Shown piece after piece: positions 26,281-32,000 of a DNA stretch of 32,000 nucleotides. Source of the stretch: Candidatus Scalindua sp. (GTDB lineage: Bacteria; Planctomycetota; Brocadiia; Brocadiales; Scalinduaceae); the NCBI GenBank assembly GCA_031316235.1, contig JALDRA010000001.1, forward strand, positions 1,560,001 to 1,592,000. The letters run 5' to 3'. A program made the position numbers and the translations under genes. The notes beneath the pieces were generated by a model. It was given only the letters and a program-made list of their open reading frames with translations. It was not told the DNA's origin and made no database searches. How positions within the stretch are numbered: position 1 is the stretch's first letter; each line of letters starts with the position of its first letter.

Positions 26281-26988
26281 TTAAGGGTGATACGTCGCCA
26301 CTGGAGTAGGTTCAGGAATAAGTTGTATTGAAGTATCGACTTTAAAATTTGATTGGGATGTATGCCTCTCAGCAAAAAACAGATCAAAATCATAGGTATT
26401 GCCAACCGTTAACCCCAATGAATCCAGATTAACTGAAGCAGACATTGCTGGATGGACACCTCCCAGGTCAATGACCAACTGTCCATTAATAAAGACCCAC
26501 AAATCATCATCACCCGTAAAAGAAAATGTTTCACCCCCCTTATAAGTAAAAGCGGCATGGGCCTCTAAGGTAAAATGAAAATTGTGGTTTCTCTTTTGAT
26601 TACCAAAAATCTCATTATCAATTATGAAAAATGATGTATTATGGTATCTATAAACATTGGAATCCCCAGTACCCGCATTACTCAATGTCAACGTTTTTGT
26701 GGTTTTCTGGTTAACCCCCTCAACATCTCGATACCACTGATCAAAATATGTTTGACCATGAGTTGTGAGGTTAGTAAAATTAGCGTATACCGGTTTTTTA
26801 TCTGCACCCAATGTCGTCTCTACGATCCCCGTAACAAGCGGATAGGCGAACAGAAGCGTCTCCATATCTGGGTGAGTATCAATAAAATCTCGAATAGTAA
26901 CATCGATGGCAATTTCATCAGCACGAACTGCATTACAACACAAGATAACAACTGCGCAAACTATCATGAATCGAGTAAATTTCACCAT
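26281..26988 (-). CDS. secreted fibro-slime (PA14-like) domain protein
   Basis: 235 aa. Signal peptide [96 protein letters not shown] and [15 protein letters not shown] match the fibro-slime domain pattern. AAAGGAGAA RBS. Confidence 0.85.
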   Translation of the reverse strand: MVKFTRFMIVCAVVILCCNAVRADEIAIDVTIRDFIDTHPDMETLLFAYPLVTGIVETTLGADKKPVYANFTNLTTHGQTYFDQWYRDVEGVNQKTTKTLTLSNAGTGDSNVYRYHNTSFFIIDNEIFGNQKRNHNFHFTLEAHAAFTYKGGETFSFTGDDDLWVFINGQLVIDLGGVHPAMSASVNLDSLGLTVGNTYDFDLFFAERHTSQSNFKVDTSIQLIPEPTPVATYHP

Positions 26989-27225
26989 TAGAATTTCTCC
27001 TTTATAAAATTAGAAAAATAAAAAATTTACGGCTTTTCAGGCCTTTATCTCCCTCTCAAGCAAGTAAAAGTATCGATCATATATTGCAGGGTTTCCTCAT
27101 ACTTCCCAGCCGACTAAATGTACTTAAAACCTTTTGGTAGTGCAAATCATGTTTACCCATCCTAAAAAAAATTGCTGGAAAAGTAATCTGTTGATGATAG
27201 TTGTGTAATAGCCATATTATCATTT

Positions 27226-28980
27226 TTAGTTGATGTCGTGATACCAGCCGACCTTCGATACTACTCTGACAAACGGAGTTCCTGGCGGCATATTATTCAC
27301 ATCCATGCCATATGACCAATTACGATCAGGGGGGGAATAAACATTTGATTTACCCCAGCTTTCAGTAGCCTTTTCACTCTGAAAGAGACATACCATAGAG
27401 CCACTGAAATTAAGCGTTGTCCCTGTCCAATTTTCCAGGAATCTTGGAAGATTTTCGAGACCACCGCTATACTTTCCCCCATCTGCAGGCACTGTTGACT
27501 CTACATTACCCGACACGATGGCTGCATTGATCGTTGTAGTAACAGCGTTCCGAGAAGCGTAGCTAGTGTCATTATTATCATCCCAGTTGTTAGAAAGAAT
27601 GGTAACGGCATCCCCTAACACCGCAGCCGGTACATTGGCCGTATTATAATCCCCCTGAATATAAATGGGATTCTCAGAGGCTACCGTGAATCCTCCGGAT
27701 GGAAGTGTGTGACCATTAACCAGGCGCACTCCTGTATTTGAAGCAGATTCAGATACATACAGGATACCATTGACTAATTCTGGAACAGCCTTGATGTTTG
27801 TACCTAACAACTCCATATCGACCGTTGTTACCGTAATCAATGCCTCTTCTCTGGCATCCCAGAACGTCTCGTTAGATATTGGGTTTGTTATAGTTCCACC
27901 ATCTGTCAGGTCTACAGGAGCTCCCGCTTGATCATAAGCGTTACCATTAAGAATCCTAAGGCCCGCCTTCCAATAATACCGGGTATTTTCCATGTCTGGA
28001 TTGGCCGATAACTCAGAAGAAACTGAGGGGTTTAGGTTATCACCTTCTTTAATTATGTCGATCTCATCGCTTCCAGAAGGCATAGGTACCAGGTCTATCG
28101 AAGAAATCCCATGGTCTCCGCTCTTAACATTTCCACCCCACCTGGTTTGAGATTCTGTGACCCAGTCACTTCTCGTGCTATCCAGGATTTCGTCTGCCTC
28201 CAAGGTGCCGCTAAGATCGTCATCTTGCTTCATTGCCTGATCAACACCAGCTCCATCTTTAAACCGGACTATCCCATCCTCATTTTGTTCATTTCCCGTG
28301 GCCTTACGAGAGTATAAGATATCTCCAGCGGAGGTTGTCTTTGAATCTATGGTAAGGGTGTTTTCGGCTCCTAAGTAGATGTCACTATTTGAGTGAATCC
28401 ATCCATTGTCAAAGGTCATATCCGGACCTGGATGTATTTCCAAGTCGTCATCGTAAAATACTGCAAATTGGAAGAGGGGGATAAGATAATCCTCAGCGGA
28501 TATGACTACCCTTGCACTTGCAGTACCGGTACCTGATTCGGTGGTGATATCGTATCTATCAATAAACGCTGAAAGCCCCGCATAGTTACCGCTTGTAATC
28601 GGTGTTGCAGTGGTAGTTCCTACCGTTTGTACAACAGAAAAAGCTCCAAAGGTATATTCACTCATAGCGGCATTTATACCGGTTAAAGAACTATTTTCAA
28701 CAGCAGTAAGATCAGCGCTGCCTGGATCCAATACCGTACGAAACCTTTGCCTCAGTTGACTGAGACCGTATTCTGCACCCCCTTCTGCCGCATAAAAGAC
28801 CCGCACACTATCCTTGTAATTACCACTTATCATAATATCTGTACAAGTTGTGTTTACCGATATAGTCCCCACAATCGCTAAAAGGGCAACCAGCACAATA
28901 GACGTAATAAGGGCAAGACCCTTTTCATTTCCATCTATTGATTTTATGTCTGTTTTTTGTAGTTGCTGTTTTGAATTCAC
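27226..28980 (-). CDS. large PilX-N-terminal-domain pilus protein (584 aa)
   Basis: GTG start with AAAGGAGAAG upstream. N-terminus EKGLALITSIVLVALLAIVGTISVNT...ISGNYKDSVRVFYAAEGGAEYGL resembles the PilX/GspK-type hydrophobic N-terminal domain. About 450 further residues include YSGGLENLPRFLENW near the C-terminus. Confidence 0.75.
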   Translation of the reverse strand: MNSKQQLQKTDIKSIDGNEKGLALITSIVLVALLAIVGTISVNTTCTDIMISGNYKDSVRVFYAAEGGAEYGLSQLRQRFRTVLDPGSADLTAVENSSLTGINAAMSEYTFGAFSVVQTVGTTTATPITSGNYAGLSAFIDRYDITTESGTGTASARVVISAEDYLIPLFQFAVFYDDDLEIHPGPDMTFDNGWIHSNSDIYLGAENTLTIDSKTTSAGDILYSRKATGNEQNEDGIVRFKDGAGVDQAMKQDDDLSGTLEADEILDSTRSDWVTESQTRWGGNVKSGDHGISSIDLVPMPSGSDEIDIIKEGDNLNPSVSSELSANPDMENTRYYWKAGLRILNGNAYDQAGAPVDLTDGGTITNPISNETFWDAREEALITVTTVDMELLGTNIKAVPELVNGILYVSESASNTGVRLVNGHTLPSGGFTVASENPIYIQGDYNTANVPAAVLGDAVTILSNNWDDNNDTSYASRNAVTTTINAAIVSGNVESTVPADGGKYSGGLENLPRFLENWTGTTLNFSGSMVCLFQSEKATESWGKSNVYSPPDRNWSYGMDVNNMPPGTPFVRVVSKVGWYHDIN

Positions 28981-29410
28981 GTGCTTCTCCTTTATAATGC
29001 AACAAATTTTGTTTCAGACTAACAATCCGATTACCAGCCCGACTCTTCTTGCCGCATCCAGGCAGGTAAACATTCTGGCAGATTTTCCTTGTGACAGGGA
29101 GGGCAGATCCAGCATGAAATATGAGGAAGGCAGTTTTCGTGCCATAACAAATTTCCAAGGCCATTCTTTTTGCAAGTAATGTTGTTGATTTAACTTAAAT
29201 TTTCTATCCATTAGCAAAATCAATAATCCTCTATCTTCCAGAAAAGCAAGCTGTGTATCGTTATGAGACATAAAATCCCAATCCTGATTTCCGTTTTGAA
29301 TTCATGCGTTTTCTCATTATTATCATTTTGATTTATTTTACCGTGTGACAAGTATTCTGGTCTGTTCATCCTTCGGACAGGCAAAAACAAATTACACAAA
29401 ACATATTTGT

Positions 29411-29986
29411 TCAATAACCAAGGTTTTTCGGGGATACAAAAGAGGTCTGTGTGCCAAATTCAAAGGCACCAGTACGAGGATCTATGTTTGCAGTCCTGCC
29501 GGTTATCCGGATCTGTATCTTTCTAATATTGGCAACTGTTGCAGTAATATTATCATTTGCATCAAAATAAGAAAAGTTCAGGTCCGCGATATTCTCGACA
29601 AATGGCTGATCACCGCCTCCTATATTTCTATCAATTTGAAGGTTTGGGGCATCATAAGAATAGGTTACCGTCTCAGATCCGACAATTCCTCCACTTTTGT
29701 CAAGGTCTGCCGATACTTGAATTGAGGTAGCGGTACCAGTGCCAATAGCAGCAAACCCTGCATCTAATGGATCATATCCAGCCATCCTGATCTCCCTCAC
29801 CATCATGTCCATAGCAGCCCGGACGTTCTGTTGCATCTCACTGCGCTGTTCCTGTACACTAAAGGTCTTCCGCTGAACATCAAACATGCTAAACGCAATT
29901 CCCAGAATGATCAAGCTGATTACGGAACCAACCAAAAATTCTACAACCGTAAAACCGCCATCATCGTTTTTTTTTAGTTTTGTCAT
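29411..29986 (-). CDS. PilW/GspJ-like minor pseudopilin
   Basis: Prepilin N-terminus MTKLKKNDDGG/FTVVEFLVGSVISLIILGIAF. The preferred start is ATG 29986 (GGAAGAG upstream, just after the preceding stop) rather than the TTG at 30007 in the ORF track. Confidence 0.8.
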   Translation of the reverse strand: MTKLKKNDDGGFTVVEFLVGSVISLIILGIAFSMFDVQRKTFSVQEQRSEMQQNVRAAMDMMVREIRMAGYDPLDAGFAAIGTGTATSIQVSADLDKSGGIVGSETVTYSYDAPNLQIDRNIGGGDQPFVENIADLNFSYFDANDNITATVANIRKIQIRITGRTANIDPRTGAFEFGTQTSFVSPKNLGY

Positions 29987-29996
29987 TCTCTCTTCC

Positions 29997-30383
29997 CTAT
30001 TGCCCAATAATAGTATCCAGGACGACCGAATGTTTGTCTGATTCCCAGAAGACTTCTACCTGTACTGATGTCATCCCTGCTAAAGGGTTGTCTACTGCAA
30101 TCGTTGATACCCTCCTATGCAGAGGATGTGCCGTTATCGAACCATAACCTTCTACTGCAGGAATTGGTCCCGGCAACCCTGCATAACCCAACCGTTTAGC
30201 CTCTTCCATCTGATCCTGTGCCAGGATTGTTGCAGTGGTCATATTATCACTATTCGAATTTCCCCGTATTACGACTACAACCAGACTCATCACAGCAAAC
30301 ATTCCGAGGGTAATGATGACTATGGCTACCATAAGCTCTACCAAAGTAAAGCCTCTATTGTTACCTAATTTGCTGAGCTTCAT
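29997..30383 (-). CDS. PilV/GspI-like minor pseudopilin
   Basis: Prepilin N-terminus MKLSKLGNNRG/FTLVELMVAIVIITLGMFAV. The preferred start is ATG 30383 (AAGGA 5 nt upstream); the ORF track starts at 30410. Confidence 0.8.
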   Translation of the reverse strand: MKLSKLGNNRGFTLVELMVAIVIITLGMFAVMSLVVVVIRGNSNSDNMTTATILAQDQMEEAKRLGYAGLPGPIPAVEGYGSITAHPLHRRVSTIAVDNPLAGMTSVQVEVFWESDKHSVVLDTIIGQ

Positions 30384-30412
30384 ACTGTCCTTTTTGATTT
30401 CATGTAACATAG

Positions 30413-30871
30413 TTACTCTATCTTGACGCGTCCGGTACTGGCAACCTTTACGGTTTCTGTACCGCTAGAATTTTGTAAATTTATGGTAATACCAATAGGC
30501 CAACATAATCTCCCCATAGGATCAAAAATAGGAAATTGTGTTGGTACAGGATTAAAGGTTACATCATTATAATCCGTCTTAATATCTTTTGTCGCAATCC
30601 ATTCACCGGCATTTTCCACGCCATTATTGTCATCATCATCCAAAATTTGATACCTATGGTTATCTAAAAATATTATTCTAAATCTATTATTTTGCTTAAC
30701 TGCCTGCATCCTCGCCCACATAAGGTCGCCCTGTATCTGTCTTGCGGCACCCTTCACCCTGAGCTTTGGTTTAAGGTTGAAATAAGCTGAAAGGGTAATT
30801 CCAGCCAAAATTGCAATAATTACGATAGTTGTCAGCAACTCGATAAGGGTAAATCCTTCTTGTTTTTCCAT
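30413..30871 (-). CDS. GspH/FimT-like minor pseudopilin
   Basis: Prepilin N-terminus MEKQEG/FTLIELLTTIVIIAILAGI followed by KGAARQIQGDLMWARMQAV (GspH-type). The preferred start is ATG 30871, which gives a 6-aa leader; the ORF track starts at 30907. Confidence 0.8.
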   Translation of the reverse strand: MEKQEGFTLIELLTTIVIIAILAGITLSAYFNLKPKLRVKGAARQIQGDLMWARMQAVKQNNRFRIIFLDNHRYQILDDDDNNGVENAGEWIATKDIKTDYNDVTFNPVPTQFPIFDPMGRLCWPIGITINLQNSSGTETVKVASTGRVKIE

Positions 30872-30933
30872 TTTTTCCACTATTAACGATGTACCAGAGG
30901 GAGACATAAAAAATTAATGGCTCTGGTCTTAAC

Positions 30934-32000
30934 CTAAAAAGCATCCATTAGTTTGATAAGCGGCATAAAGAGGGCGATAACTATCGTGCCTACAGCTCCA
31001 CCCAGGAACACAATCATTATCGGTTCAATCAAACTTATCATAGCCTCAACGGCAGCATCAATCTCGTTGTCATAATTATCGGCAACTTTCGATAGCATTT
31101 TATCCAGTTCTCCGGATTGTTCTCCTATTTCGATCATATTTACGACCATGGCATCACATACCTTCGATTCACGCAATGCTTTTGCAATGTTTTCACCTTC
31201 ACGGACGCTGTCATGGATATGCTCGATAGCCTTCGTCATTGCCATATTTCCGGAAACTTCCTTTACGTTTTTTAAAGACTCCAAAATGGGTACACCACTG
31301 GAGGTTAACGTAGAGAGGGTCCTTACAAATTTTGAAACAACAGACTTATTAATGAGGTTTCCAAAGACCGGTAACCTGAATTTCAACCGATCAATTACAA
31401 GCCTGCATCTCTTGATCTTTCCAATCAGTTTATATACAATAAAAATGGCAACAGGAACTCCAAAGATTGAATACCAGTGATGTACCATGAAGCTGCTCAG
31501 ATTTACCAGGCCCAGTGTGAGGATTGGCAGGGAGATCTCCATTTCGTCAAACATCTTTGCAAACTGGGGAATTATGAACATCAATATTCCGGATAATATT
31601 GCTAACGCAATAACAACCACGGCAACAGGATATGTCATAGAACCTATGATTTTCTGTTTCAATCTCTGCATTTTCTCCCTGTATGTGGCAAGCCTTGCCA
31701 GAATTACATCAAGTGCGCCTCCAATCTCTCCGGCATTAATAACATTTACATAGAGTTTATCAAATGCCTTCGGATGTTTTGACATAGACTTGGAGAGCGT
31801 ATCACCCCCTTGAATATCCTCTATTATTTGATGCAGTATTTTTTTGAATAAACCCTTCTTTGTTTGCGCTTGGAGAATGGTCAAACTCTGCACTATTGTC
31901 ACACCTGCATTGAGAAGGGTTGAAAGCTGCCTTGTGAAGGTATTTATCTGTTTCGTCTTCACCTTACCTATTGATATTTCAAAATCGAGGAAACCCTTTT
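30934..32000 (-). CDS. type II secretion system F-family platform protein (PilC/GspF), N-terminus beyond the right edge
   Basis: FTRQLSTLLNAGVTIVQSL and a second repeat FVRTLSTLTSSGVPILESL. TM segments and the C-terminal GGAVGTIVIALFMPL. The frame stays open upstream of the GTG at 31962 to the window edge (KGFLDFEISIGK...), so the gene is truncated here. Confidence 0.9.
   Translation of the reverse strand, partial: KGFLDFEISIGKVKTKQINTFTRQLSTLLNAGVTIVQSLTILQAQTKKGLFKKILHQIIEDIQGGDTLSKSMSKHPKAFDKLYVNVINAGEIGGALDVILARLATYREKMQRLKQKIIGSMTYPVAVVVIALAILSGILMFIIPQFAKMFDEMEISLPILTLGLVNLSSFMVHHWYSIFGVPVAIFIVYKLIGKIKRCRLVIDRLKFRLPVFGNLINKSVVSKFVRTLSTLTSSGVPILESLKNVKEVSGNMAMTKAIEHIHDSVREGENIAKALRESKVCDAMVVNMIEIGEQSGELDKMLSKVADNYDNEIDAAVEAMISLIEPIMIVFLGGAVGTIVIALFMPLIKLMDAF

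Noticed and set aside
26281-26320. The fibro-slime protein ends [12 protein letters not shown], which could be a truncated PEP-CTERM sorting signal cut by the adjacent mobile-element debris.
   Set aside because: No hydrophobic segment plus Arg cluster follows in any frame downstream. The other frame has only WRR four residues away, which is too close. A bare PEP tripeptide is not sufficient evidence.

Overview
Bacterial chromosomal window, moderately AT-rich by eye, with no rRNA, tRNA or CRISPR array found. The left two thirds are housekeeping genes: metK (5' part), secA, an IS-disrupted dinG, an FTR-like protein, hemerythrin, a TPR/thioredoxin-fold protein, fbp, cysK-cysE, maf, carB-carA, a pgsA-like gene, ribBA and mobA. 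The right third looks accessory. It holds a Ppm/Pmt-type (GT2 + LAB_N + GT39) glycosylation module, a roughly 0.85-kb mobile-element graveyard, a secreted fibro-slime/PA14-like protein, and a type IV pilus/T2SS-like operon (pilC/gspF partial, three minor pseudopilins, a 584-aa PilX-like protein). The most unusual content is non-coding. (1) A 2012-bp IS1182/IS5-type IS with an intact transposase splits dinG, and removing it restores the reading frame exactly. (2) A 166-bp MITE occurs twice (3 differences), each copy with 28-bp terminal inverted repeats and its own 9-bp target duplication. (3) A 114-143-bp hairpin-rich repeat family occurs in three full and two partial copies, with a compensatory base-pair change and a 27-nt indel at one point; I cannot assign it to a known class. 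The host taxon cannot be determined from the sequence alone. All calls rest on reading motifs by eye, with no database search.
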